The notes: generated by a model not told the origin, from the sequence alone. A DNA stretch of 26,237 nucleotides from an uncultured virus (IMG/VR IMGVR_UViG_3300011768_000001) (IMGVR_UViG_3300011768_000001:62001-88237), one strand, 5' to 3'; shown: positions 8,436 to 16,818, counted from the first letter of the stretch. Numbers and translations: made by a program.

Positions 8436-8861
8436 ATGACTAAAGAAATGCTAAGTCCTGAAGAAATCAAGCCAACAAAGGATCTTCAATTTTATAGCTT
8501 GAAAGAATACATGCGAATGCTTGGCTATGAATGGGGTAAAGAGATTGCTCTATTTGATGAGCCTAATTATTTCATCAGCTACGACTACAAGAATAAACAT
8601 CGTCGCTGTATCTCCTTCGGAAGCTCCGTAGACTTGTACAATGGGCGTTATGTAGATTCACATGGTAAAGGCTATAATTGCCCCTTTGACTTTGATCCAT
8701 ATAGTATTCGACGTGCTGAAGCTGCTAAGGTTGTAAAGGGGCTTAAACTGCAACTGTGCAAGAAAACTGGCTACGTTAAAACCCAGAATGATATCGTTGA
8801 GTTTGTAAAACCTGAGTATTACCAAATGTTCATCAACAGTCCAAAATATTTCCCATTTTAG
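8436..8861 (+). CDS. hypothetical protein
   Basis: ORF with AGGAG RBS. Confidence 0.8.
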   Translation: MTKEMLSPEEIKPTKDLQFYSLKEYMRMLGYEWGKEIALFDEPNYFISYDYKNKHRRCISFGSSVDLYNGRYVDSHGKGYNCPFDFDPYSIRRAEAAKVVKGLKLQLCKKTGYVKTQNDIVEFVKPEYYQMFINSPKYFPF

Positions 8862-8870
8862 GAGATAGAT

Positions 8871-9062
8871 ATGAGCAACAAGATTGTATTATTCCAAAAT
8901 GGGAGTTGGCTGTGGGAGTCTGAGGCAAAGCCTGAATGGCTGGAAGATAAGCACATCCTCATCACTGTAGGAGATGGATTCACAGATCGGGATATTAGTC
9001 AAATGATTAATTCCTATTACATAGAAAATCTTGATTATATTTTTGAAAAAGAAATTGCATAA
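8871..9062 (+). CDS. hypothetical protein
   Basis: ORF with AGGAG RBS. Confidence 0.75.
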   Translation: MSNKIVLFQNGSWLWESEAKPEWLEDKHILITVGDGFTDRDISQMINSYYIENLDYIFEKEIA

Positions 9063-9066
9063 TTTT

Positions 9067-9102
9067 GGCCAGATGCTCTTTACAGGGTGTCTGGCCTTTG
9101 TT
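9067..9102 (+). terminator. intrinsic terminator
   Basis: 12-bp stem GGCCAGATGCTC/GGGTGTCTGGCC followed by TTTGTT, just after a stop codon. Confidence 0.75.
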
Positions 9103-9107
9103 ATTAT
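9079..9107 (+). promoter_or_regulatory. sigma70-type promoter with its -35 in the terminator loop
   Basis: TTTACA-17bp-TATTAT. Confidence 0.7.
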
Positions 9108-9138
9108 TGGTCCTAGGAAAATTAACAGGAGAAACTAA

Positions 9139-9350
9139 TTGACGCCAAAGCAATTATTAAAACAACTTGAGCTAGCCAACAAACAGCTTGTGTTGGTATC
9201 GAATCGTCTACACAAAATATCTCAGAAGCTTGGTATTGAAGACCGCACTTTAACTGCCGGAACGAATNNNNNNNNNNAGAGAATCAGGATATCAAGAAAG
9301 TGATTAGGGATGTAGAGGGTCTGCTTGAGAATGGAAATAAGGCTGTTTAA
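9139..9350 (+). CDS. hypothetical coiled-coil protein spanning an assembly gap
   Basis: AGGAG RBS with TTG start (MTPKQLLKQLE...); a compatible frame after the Ns ends at 9350. Confidence 0.55.
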
Positions 9351-9465
9351 CGCACGATAGTGTATAAGACGTGGGGTAGCCTAGGTCAGATATAGAAAAC
9401 GCCTAATAAGTGGCTTACAGAGCGTTTAAGGGGTATTTAAGAAGGTATTATGAGGAGTATGTTTA

Positions 9466-10128
9466 ATGCTTAAGCATTTTGATATAAATTTAGAAGGTCG
9501 TGACTTCGTATGTGGTGACATACACGGATGTTTTAATAAACTTCAGAAAGAACTGGATGCAATCGGGTTTGACGAAAATAAAGACCGGCTGTTCTCTGTA
9601 GGAGACTTGGTTGATCGTGGTCCTGAATCAATTGACTTTTCAGACTGGCTTCGTAAACCATGGTTTCATGCTGTAAAAGGTAATCATGAGGTGCTGACAA
9701 TTGAAGCTGTAAAGAATGGACCAGATAGCAACGAGTCAGGCTTGCACTACATCAACGGTGGTGTGTGGCTATGTGGACTGCCTACAGTTGAAAAACAGTG
9801 TATTGCTATTGAGATGGAAGAATTACCACTAGCCATTGAAGTTGATACCAAATATGGTCTTGTAGGGATCATCCATGCAGAAAGTCCACACAATAATTGG
9901 TATATTGCACGAAAGATGCTCTCAGATCCATCAGAGCACACCAAAGCTGTTGCGTTGTGGGCACGAACCAAGATTAGCAGTGGAGATGAGACAGAAATCA
10001 AAGGCTTGCACAAACTTTTCGTTGGACACACGCCTGATAATGAGGTAAGGTGTCTGGGAAATGTGTTTTATACGGACACTGGTGCATGTTTCAAAGGTGG
10101 TAAGTTGACTATTTTGCAGATTAATTAA
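9466..10128 (+). CDS. Ser/Thr protein phosphatase (lambda NinI/PrpA-like metallophosphoesterase)
   Basis: GDIHG, GDLVDRG, GNHE, GHT and DTGA motifs. Confidence 0.93.
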   Translation: MLKHFDINLEGRDFVCGDIHGCFNKLQKELDAIGFDENKDRLFSVGDLVDRGPESIDFSDWLRKPWFHAVKGNHEVLTIEAVKNGPDSNESGLHYINGGVWLCGLPTVEKQCIAIEMEELPLAIEVDTKYGLVGIIHAESPHNNWYIARKMLSDPSEHTKAVALWARTKISSGDETEIKGLHKLFVGHTPDNEVRCLGNVFYTDTGACFKGGKLTILQIN

Positions 10129-10141
10129 GGAGAATGAGAAA

Positions 10142-10573
10142 ATGTTTAAGCGGATAAAAGAGTTTCTAAACCCAGCACCAAAATACACATGCCCGCCTGA
10201 AGAAAGGTACTATGCTGAGCGGGGAATTTCAGAACCTGTAATTGCAATTCTTAAATCAATGCACCAAAGAAGTAAAGATTGGAAAATACGTCAAACCAAA
10301 CTAGACAGTAATTTAGATCTTATTTATGAAATTGTTGATAAGAAGAGTGGACTCCGCTTTGAGATAACGAGTAGTATCTACGACACCTTGGATATTTCTA
10401 TTAAATATCAAACCTTGGAGTGGATGACATGGAAAGAACAAGTAGCTATAGTCAATAGTTGCCGGAATCTTTACCTTAAAAGAATTTCAAGACTACAAGC
10501 AATTCAATCGGTAACAGAGAAAAAGAAAACTGATAAAGTACGAAACTACTGGAAGGAGAAATACCAATGTTGA
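10142..10573 (+). CDS. hypothetical protein
   Basis: ORF with AGGAG RBS. Confidence 0.8.
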   Translation: MFKRIKEFLNPAPKYTCPPEERYYAERGISEPVIAILKSMHQRSKDWKIRQTKLDSNLDLIYEIVDKKSGLRFEITSSIYDTLDISIKYQTLEWMTWKEQVAIVNSCRNLYLKRISRLQAIQSVTEKKKTDKVRNYWKEKYQC

Positions 10574-10800
10574 AGACCCGGATTATTTCAGGTAAACAAA
10601 GCTTCTACGATTCAGTGACAGGGCAGACGCTTACGAATATTAGAAGCGTAAGCTTCGATTCAAAACCCGGAATTATTTCCACTGTAATAACTAAAGAGGG
10701 AGTGTATTATGCGTATTTTCCAGATAAAAATGGAAAAGTAAAATTAACCAACCTTGAATCTTTGATTAATTCAGGGGAATCCATTCAAGTGGTAAACTGA
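10567..10800 (+). CDS. hypothetical protein
   Basis: ORF with AGGAG RBS. Confidence 0.7.
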   Translation: MLKTRIISGKQSFYDSVTGQTLTNIRSVSFDSKPGIISTVITKEGVYYAYFPDKNGKVKLTNLESLINSGESIQVVN

Positions 10801-11792
10801 TGTTAATGGGAAGAGGAAGACTTGATAAAAATGCTTTAGTAGGTACTTTTTACGGCAATAATAACCAAATAGAAATTCTGGAGTTTATTACTGTTACTGC
10901 AATGGGGAGTATATACAAAATTGTTTGCCATGAGTGTGAAAAGGATAAAGAATTACACGGTGATGCAATTTATGATGTACCCTTAGCAAGGCTTAAGAGG
11001 AATTCTCTGCCTTGTGGTTGTGCCCCAACTCCTCATTGGAGCAAAAAACAAAGGACAACTCTGGCGGAACGTGTAGCTAAAAATTTAGGTTATATCTTTC
11101 ATGGCTGGAAGAGTTATGGCAAAAACTCTAAAAATAGGGTGGTAGTAATTGAATGTCTAAAACACAATTTACAAGAAACACCGACGTGGTCAGACTTTAT
11201 GAGAAGAAGAGCCGCAGGTGGTTGTTATGAATGTCGAAGGGAGAATTTAGGTAAAAGGGCAAGCAAACCTGATGAAGTGATGATAGAATCATTTGAGAAT
11301 AAAGGCTCGTATCCCGAAGGTACGGTATTTGAGAGAAGTGAACGAAAAAATACAGATGGTAGTGGTGGATTCTGGTTTATATATTGCTCTGGTTGTGGAG
11401 AAAAGACAGAAGCTTGTTCTGTAGTTATAAACTCCGGTGTCTCATCTTGCAGTTGTAATAGACAACAACCTAACCAAGCATATATACTAGCTATCTCAGA
11501 TAATAACGATAATTATATTAGTTTGAAGTACGGAATAACCAAGAATATTAAGTTTAGAAAGAAGGATATTCAGAAAAGAACGCCTCTTGAAGTAGATTTA
11601 ATAGGGTGTTGGAGTTTTGATGGTATACATTCATGTCGGGCTGCTGAAAACTTTTGTAAACAAGAATTTGGACAGGGTATTATGAGTAGAGCAGATTTAC
11701 CCGATGGGCACACGGAAACTACATATTGTTATAATCTTGATAGGATTATACAAATCTATGAAAATTTTGGAGGGATTAGGATCTATGAATAA
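10800..11792 (+). CDS. putative homing endonuclease: multiple Zn-finger motifs and a C-terminal GIY-YIG-like domain
   Basis: Several CxxC/CxC pairs; AYIL..LKYGIT..R..AAE..GHTET. Confidence 0.65.
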   Translation: MLMGRGRLDKNALVGTFYGNNNQIEILEFITVTAMGSIYKIVCHECEKDKELHGDAIYDVPLARLKRNSLPCGCAPTPHWSKKQRTTLAERVAKNLGYIFHGWKSYGKNSKNRVVVIECLKHNLQETPTWSDFMRRRAAGGCYECRRENLGKRASKPDEVMIESFENKGSYPEGTVFERSERKNTDGSGGFWFIYCSGCGEKTEACSVVINSGVSSCSCNRQQPNQAYILAISDNNDNYISLKYGITKNIKFRKKDIQKRTPLEVDLIGCWSFDGIHSCRAAENFCKQEFGQGIMSRADLPDGHTETTYCYNLDRIIQIYENFGGIRIYE

Positions 11793-11958
11793 GCCAGAGC
11801 CACCTAAACCACCCCTGATGCGCTTAGGCTGTAACGGAAACCCTTGCCCTCTGTGTGGCAGCGGGATGAAGCCTAAAGGACTATTCGGCAAGCTATTTGG
11901 TGTATTTAAAGGTTGTTACCAAGAGAAATGCGAGAATTATTGGGGGAATAGTAAATGA
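11785..11958 (+). CDS. small Cys-rich protein
   Basis: Internal ATG with AGGA RBS; CPLC...C..C. Confidence 0.65.
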   Translation: MNKPEPPKPPLMRLGCNGNPCPLCGSGMKPKGLFGKLFGVFKGCYQEKCENYWGNSK

Positions 11959-12137
11959 ACGATAAAGTAAAACAGATTACGCAAGACCTTGCAAATGCTA
12001 TCATACGAGGTGATACTATGGTTCCTGTGGGAAATTTAGGACCATTGCTTGAGTATATTGAGGAGCTTGAGATGAATTTGGTTGACTTAAAGAAATATAT
12101 TGATGATACTTACTATGACAATGATTGGGAGGAATGA
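11955..12137 (+). CDS. hypothetical protein
   Basis: ORF with ATGA coupling. Confidence 0.7.
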   Translation: MNDKVKQITQDLANAIIRGDTMVPVGNLGPLLEYIEELEMNLVDLKKYIDDTYYDNDWEE

Positions 12138-12139
12138 AA

Positions 12140-12394
12140 ATGAATAAAGTGACTAATGGTGATCCTAGTAAATTCTTAAGTGGTGGAATTGGTGATAACG
12201 GTAAAGACTGCCGAGTAATTTTCCACCCTAGCGAAGATATTACTAATGATCCTTTTAATGAAGGTATTATTGAAGGGTTGAAAATATCTTTAGTGCTTAT
12301 TAAAGAACAACTAGAGATTAATCCTAATAGTAAAAAGCTACAAAAGCTAGCTAAGAAATTGGTTCAGACTCTCGATTCTTATAAGAGAATTTAA
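12140..12394 (+). CDS. hypothetical protein
   Basis: ORF with GGAGG RBS. Confidence 0.7.
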   Translation: MNKVTNGDPSKFLSGGIGDNGKDCRVIFHPSEDITNDPFNEGIIEGLKISLVLIKEQLEINPNSKKLQKLAKKLVQTLDSYKRI

Positions 12395-12396
12395 TT

Positions 12397-12597
12397 ATGG
12401 AAGATAAGTGGGAGCAGTATAAGAAAGATAATTGTTCAGATTTTGATGGTGTAATTGAACAATTACACAAAGACCATCCAGAGCAAATGGAGGAGGCAAG
12501 GATTTGGGTAAAGCAGTTTATGGATGAACAAGAAAGTCTTGGTTATGAATTTAATAAATTAATTGAAGATAATTATTGGGAGCTTTTGTTAGAATGA
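12397..12597 (+). CDS. hypothetical protein
   Basis: ORF in a tightly packed operon. Confidence 0.7.
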   Translation: MEDKWEQYKKDNCSDFDGVIEQLHKDHPEQMEEARIWVKQFMDEQESLGYEFNKLIEDNYWELLLE

Positions 12598-12743
12598 TTC
12601 TACAATTCAAAAGACCTTGCACAATATCTCAAATCACAATACAAGTACATTATCAAACAGATGTTCTTGAGGATGGTAGTGTTTGGTATAGGATGGTGGA
12701 TATTAAAAATGGAGAGTGGATGGAGTGGGAGATGTTAGGATGA
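12594..12743 (+). CDS. hypothetical protein, 49 aa (MILQFKRPC...)
   Basis: Hand translation; ATGA coupling at both ends. Confidence 0.6.
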   Translation: MILQFKRPCTISQITIQVHYQTDVLEDGSVWYRMVDIKNGEWMEWEMLG

Positions 12744-12937
12744 GCGTATTAAAACGCTGTCAAGACTATTATGAAAGGCGCCTATCTCAATTTGGCTATA
12801 CACCTACAAAGATTATGATGTACCAAAGTGATTTGGATCAGTTAATTGAAGAATTGAAATATGTGCCTAAAGCTTCTTGTGGTGAAGGTGGGTACGAGAT
12901 TATGGGAATGGAAATTATTGTGTTGGAGGGAGAATAG
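12740..12937 (+). CDS. hypothetical protein
   Basis: Internal ATG (MSVLKRC) with GGAG RBS. Confidence 0.7.
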   Translation: MSVLKRCQDYYERRLSQFGYTPTKIMMYQSDLDQLIEELKYVPKASCGEGGYEIMGMEIIVLEGE

Positions 12938-13111
12938 ATGAACATTGAATATACTGTTACTCACTGCTATCGTAAAGACTACGACGATGAGCGTTGGGAT
13001 GTTTTAGCGCGTTTTGATAGACTAGAAGACGCCATTGAATATGATGATGAACACTCGTCTATGGTTGAGGATGGATTTTTGTTTATTACTGTAGAGTGGT
13101 GTACGGAATGA
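12938..13111 (+). CDS. hypothetical protein, 57 aa (MNIEYTVTHC...)
   Basis: Hand translation; GGAGGGAG RBS. Confidence 0.65.
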   Translation: MNIEYTVTHCYRKDYDDERWDVLARFDRLEDAIEYDDEHSSMVEDGFLFITVEWCTE

Positions 13112-13335
13112 AATTAGCTAGTATCGAAGAGTGGGGAGAACATGAACCTTGTCTTGGATTTGATGAACTTAGAACTCCTTTTGAAGATTACATGAGATCT
13201 GAGTATGCAAGTCCCGATTTAGACTGGAATGATTACGGATTTTATCAAGATGTAAAAGTTAATCTAAGGTATATTGGGTTTTGTGAAGGAGCCTTCTTTA
13301 TGTGCCATCACAAGGATAATTTAATTGAAATCTAA
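13108..13335 (+). CDS. hypothetical protein
   Basis: ATGA coupling (MKLASIEEW). Confidence 0.7.
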   Translation: MKLASIEEWGEHEPCLGFDELRTPFEDYMRSEYASPDLDWNDYGFYQDVKVNLRYIGFCEGAFFMCHHKDNLIEI

Positions 13336-13540
13336 CGGCTGCAACGAAGACGGTTGGGATTTGTTTGAAGAGTCTACACACAAAGAGTTCGAGGAGTATG
13401 CTTGTAGACAAGGCTATGATCTGTATCGTCATCCAGAAGATACGTGGATTTACTTTAACCAGCGTACAGAGGATGCTTGGAGAATGTTTCATGTAGGGCA
13501 TGTTAAGGGGAGGAATTGGAATGAAACCGCATATTCGTAA
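13325..13540 (+). CDS. hypothetical protein
   Basis: ORF with TTG start and AGGA RBS. Confidence 0.65.
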   Translation: MKSNGCNEDGWDLFEESTHKEFEEYACRQGYDLYRHPEDTWIYFNQRTEDAWRMFHVGHVKGRNWNETAYS

Positions 13541-13754
13541 AGGAGATCAAGGGAAGTATTGGTGCAATGCCCCTCAAGATTATATTCCAAATGATGACGC
13601 CGATTGCCAAGAGTGGTATTCCTACTCTGCCTGTGGCTGCGGAAATACCGTGGACGAGGCATATCGGGATTGGGTAAAGGACTGTATAATGCCAGATGAG
13701 GGTAGTGATGATTGGGATGACTTTAAAAAGTGGATGGAGGGTAAAGATGAATAA
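13521..13754 (+). CDS. hypothetical protein
   Basis: Internal ATG (MKPHIRK) with GGAGG RBS. Confidence 0.7.
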   Translation: MKPHIRKGDQGKYWCNAPQDYIPNDDADCQEWYSYSACGCGNTVDEAYRDWVKDCIMPDEGSDDWDDFKKWMEGKDE

Positions 13755-13956
13755 ATCTATTTGGTGCGTAATGCAAGAAGATGCTGAAAATTCAGTAACT
13801 GTGTGTTTAGGTTGCTATGAGTCTGAAAAAGAAGCTGATAAAGCTTGGGAGTATTGGGATTCAAATTCAAAATATAGCCCTTGGACCACACACTGGATTA
13901 TGCAGACAGAATTATTTGGTAATTTTGAAGGTCAAATGAAGGGTTTGAAGGAATGA
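13747..13956 (+). CDS. hypothetical protein
   Basis: Internal ATG (MNKSIW) with GGAGG RBS. Confidence 0.7.
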   Translation: MNKSIWCVMQEDAENSVTVCLGCYESEKEADKAWEYWDSNSKYSPWTTHWIMQTELFGNFEGQMKGLKE

Positions 13957-14255
13957 AGACATTCGAAGAACTTACATGGCTGCAAAAGATTAGGATGGTA
14001 CAAGACTTTATTGACGACGACGCTGAAAACTATACACTGTCTATGGATATATTACTACAATGCGATTTTATAAAAGAGGAGTTGGACAAGTACCCACCAA
14101 TGATAAAAGCTGTTCAAGATTGTAAAGATGGAAAAGACCCGTACATGTGGAAGCTAGATATGCAACAGGCTGAAATGGAGATTTGTTCTAAATGGGTTTA
14201 CAGGATTTATAGGAGTGTTCAGAGGGTACTCGATAGGGGAGATAAATTAGTGTGA
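13953..14255 (+). CDS. hypothetical protein
   Basis: ORF with ATGA coupling. Confidence 0.75.
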   Translation: MKTFEELTWLQKIRMVQDFIDDDAENYTLSMDILLQCDFIKEELDKYPPMIKAVQDCKDGKDPYMWKLDMQQAEMEICSKWVYRIYRSVQRVLDRGDKLV

Positions 14256-14818
14256 CAGATATTAAAGAACAAGCTGAAAGTCTTAGAAAGCAAGGGATGA
14301 CATATGCACAGATATCAAGCACCTTAGATGGTGCTGTAAGTGTTGATTGGTGTAAACGACAGCTTAAGGGTGTTGAATACAAGAAGATAGAAGATCCTAT
14401 ACTTTCTGAAATCTTAATCCTTGCTCTAAGGCCAGAAGGCTGCACTAACTACGAACTGACTGGAGTGGTTATGAAATATAGCCCAGACTTGATTGATAAG
14501 AAAGGAGCCTACATGAGTGCATATAAGCGTAAAGCCCGAGATAAGAATAGGAACTCTTTGTTTCGTCCTTCATGGATTAGCCCTACAAAGGCATTTGAAA
14601 GCTCTCAGGCTATGTACCAGATTGCTGATAGCATGTATGAGAGGCTACAAGAAGCTGTTGCTGACTACTCTGCTATGTTCCCTGAAGTGCAGGATAAGAA
14701 GGCCATCCTTGATGAGATAGTCAAAATATCCAACGCTCATTTAGTCAAAGAGGGGCTTAGTACAAGGCTTTCAAGGCATGAGATGGTGGTAGAGAAGTTA
14801 ATTGAAAGACACCAGTAG
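14252..14818 (+). CDS. putative HTH DNA-binding protein
   Basis: N-terminal KEQAESLRKQGMTYAQISSTL..VSVDWCKR fits a helix-turn-helix pattern. Confidence 0.65.
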   Translation: MTDIKEQAESLRKQGMTYAQISSTLDGAVSVDWCKRQLKGVEYKKIEDPILSEILILALRPEGCTNYELTGVVMKYSPDLIDKKGAYMSAYKRKARDKNRNSLFRPSWISPTKAFESSQAMYQIADSMYERLQEAVADYSAMFPEVQDKKAILDEIVKISNAHLVKEGLSTRLSRHEMVVEKLIERHQ

Positions 14819-14822
14819 AGGG

Positions 14823-14916
14823 CTGCACTTTGTTGTCCTATTAACTCATAAGTGCAGTGCACACCAAAGTTGTATAGGGTGCACTTGATTTCTGATAATA
14901 TTATATAAGTGCAGTG
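14823..14916. repeat. two tandem inverted-repeat units TGCACTT-N19/20-AAGTGCA
   Basis: Half-sites at 14824-30, 14850-56, 14880-86 and 14907-13; extra GTGCAC at 14857. Confidence 0.75.
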
Positions 14917-14929
14917 GAGTGTGGTAGTA

Positions 14930-15109
14930 ATGAGACATAATGGCCTTAGTGAGCATGTACAAGGTGACGATTTGGAGTATGTTCAAAACTTTATAAATAC
15001 ATCCAATAAAGGACTTAGTAATAATTTTATTGGGTATGAGGTAGTGGTAGATTTGATACTAGCTTTAAGGGACACTAATGAAAGATTAAAAGAGTTAGAA
15101 AGTAAATAA
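14930..15109 (+). CDS. hypothetical protein
   Basis: ATG with upstream GGAG; last rightward gene. Confidence 0.6.
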   Translation: MRHNGLSEHVQGDDLEYVQNFINTSNKGLSNNFIGYEVVVDLILALRDTNERLKELESK

Positions 15110-15124
15110 CAAAACCCCCTGGAA

Positions 15125-15160
15125 AGACACTTACTAATACAAGCTAAGTGTCTGTTTTTA
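15125..15160 (+). terminator. intrinsic terminator ending the rightward block
   Basis: AGACACTTA/TAAGTGTCT stem followed by GTTTTT. Confidence 0.6.
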
Positions 15161-15509
15161 TATGTCCAAAATATTTATAAGCCTTATTCTGCAAGGGCTG
15201 TAGGAAGATTCATACTTTCAAAATACTTGTCGCGGTAGCTGAAGAGTGCATCTGTTCTGTAAAATCTTGGATATCTATCTGAGGTGTTTAACGCGTCTAC
15301 CCACCACAAGCAATACCCATGCCATAATTCCAAAATATGCTGATAAATTATTCCCTATCAAACTTCCTCTCCCAATAGATGTTCATCACAGATATTATCC
15401 AATACCCTTAAGCTAACCCTGGCATGATATTAGGCTTGCATAGATGATGCCAAGATGCTTACTAAATAAAACACTTGACATTACGAGAATAATACTCCAC
15501 AGGATACCA

Positions 15510-15537
15510 ATTTAACATAATGGGTGTTATGCGAACT
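15510..15537 (-). other. XerC/XerD dif-like recombination site
   Basis: Minus strand AGTTCGCATAA-CACCCA-TTATGTTAAAT; the XerD arm is identical to the proteobacterial consensus. Confidence 0.85.
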
Positions 15538-15830
15538 GTGTAGAAGGTATCGAGCATACTATACCTATCCTGTCAAGCTATCTATTTCACACTGTCTACA
15601 CACACCTTCCCTAACACATTATAGGGCCATATGTAAAGACTAAGATGATTGTTATAGAATACTTTGATTAATTGTAATTGGCTGGTAGATTGTAGCTATA
15701 TAGGTTGACAAAGGGATTGGTTTGTGTATTTGGGAGGGATTATTAGGTGGAATGAAATCGTTACAGGAGGGAAATGTGTACCGGCTTAACTACCTTTGGT
15801 AGTCTCGCCTACTGATAGTATCCTCATATA

Positions 15831-15937
15831 GTGACTAAAACACTCTTTCCAGTCACATTGTAGACTGTATACTTCAAGGTTTAAAGACAGATTACTCAAT
15901 CTGTACATGTTGTGACTATAATAGTCTTTTTAGTCAT
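15831..15937. repeat. pair of palindromic 26-bp sites GTGACT-N14-AGTCAY
   Basis: 15831-15856 and 15912-15937, 20/26 identical. Confidence 0.7.
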
Positions 15938-15947
15938 TTTACAGACG

Positions 15948-15973
15948 TAATAAAGGGGACTACATAGTCCCCT
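15948..15973 (-). terminator. intrinsic terminator ending the leftward block
   Basis: AGGGGACT-ATGT-AGTCCCCT followed by TTATTA. Confidence 0.75.
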
Positions 15974-15996
15974 GAAGTTCCCTGCTAGAATTACTT

Positions 15997-16263
15997 TTAG
16001 AAACGTACACCATTTGCACGATACCACTCACAAGCTTCATCAGTTACGAAATCACAGCAAGCTAAGATAGTCTCAATACTGCACAACCAAGCTGCATAGA
16101 AGTCTTCTGTATAACGACCATTCTCAGCGTACACTGTTACACCATCGGTGTGTTCAGCATTGTCTAAGGCTTCACAGTGAACACGTTGAACTATGTCTAG
16201 ACTGGACCCAAACTTAGCGATAGGCATGTCGTCCAGTTTTTGCATCAGTTCACGTTTGTTCAT
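15997..16263 (-). CDS. hypothetical protein
   Basis: Start reassigned to MNKREL (AGGAG RBS), downstream of its own promoter. Confidence 0.75.
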   Translation of the reverse strand: MNKRELMQKLDDMPIAKFGSSLDIVQRVHCEALDNAEHTDGVTVYAENGRYTEDFYAAWLCSIETILACCDFVTDEACEWYRANGVRF

Positions 16264-16302
16264 TTCTATACTCCTTTGAGGGTTTGTCTCTCTGTGGTCT
16301 TC

Positions 16303-16331
16303 ATTATCTCTAAAAGATGCTCGTCTGTAAA
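16303..16331 (-). promoter_or_regulatory. sigma70-type promoter
   Basis: TTTACA-17bp-GATAAT with an A-rich upstream tract. Confidence 0.7.
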
Positions 16332-16360
16332 GCTTTATTTTCATCTAAATCGCTGTATAT

Positions 16361-16516
16361 TCACAACACCCTCTGACAACCTTCCACACCAACAATCTCA
16401 GGAAGAAGCTTGTAAGCCTTCTCGATAGCCTGTAGCTCATTTTTAGCATGGATGAGTACAAGAAGATGATTGGAAACATTCGTCTTGTAGTGGAGGATGT
16501 AGAGGATCGAGGTCAT
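16361..16516 (-). CDS. hypothetical protein, 51 aa (MTSILYILHY...)
   Basis: Hand translation; AAGGT RBS. Confidence 0.55.
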   Translation of the reverse strand: MTSILYILHYKTNVSNHLLVLIHAKNELQAIEKAYKLLPEIVGVEGCQRVL

Positions 16517-16527
16517 GATAATTTACC

Positions 16528-16815
16528 TTAAAAGTAAACAAACATTGGGGTGATAGTACTACAAGCTTTAACTTGTACGTGTATCATAGCAGATTGAACA
16601 GAAGATATAACCTTTTGAAAGAATGATTTAGGTTTTACATACACTTCATAAGGGCAAGCATTCAATACCATCTCTGTAACATCTTTACCAATTCCACCTT
16701 CACTGTCAACCAAGTAGAATGTTGGATCTTGGAACTCGTGGAAAGCACCATGCTGCACGCATACCATAATCACTTTACCTTTAGCATTGTAAAGATTACC
16801 AATTAAACCCATCAT
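16528..16815 (-). CDS. hypothetical protein
   Basis: ORF in the operon; start uncertain. Confidence 0.6.
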   Translation of the reverse strand: MMGLIGNLYNAKGKVIMVCVQHGAFHEFQDPTFYLVDSEGGIGKDVTEMVLNACPYEVYVKPKSFFQKVISSVQSAMIHVQVKACSTITPMFVYF

Positions 16816-16818
16816 TGC

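Noticed and set aside
9268..9277. Frame break in the small ORF 9139-9350
   Set aside because: Assembly gap of arbitrary length
9344..9430. TGTTTAACGC shared with 15285-15294, plus an AAACGC/GCGTTT dyad
   Set aside because: A single 10-mer match is plausible by chance and the flanks do not align convincingly
13108..13540. Possible paralogy of two adjacent small genes (FE.Y...Y.....F..G)
   Set aside because: Similarity is too weak to support without a profile search
14823..14916. Mini-CRISPR interpretation of the TGCAC repeats
   Set aside because: Repeats are 7-12 bp, inverted and too few; no cas genes present
15110..15950. tRNA/ncRNA genes, KOPS motifs or promoters in the non-coding zone
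   Set aside because: No cloverleaf or T-loop motif seen; no exact GGGNAGGG; the TTGACA hexamers lack a good -10 at 17 bp
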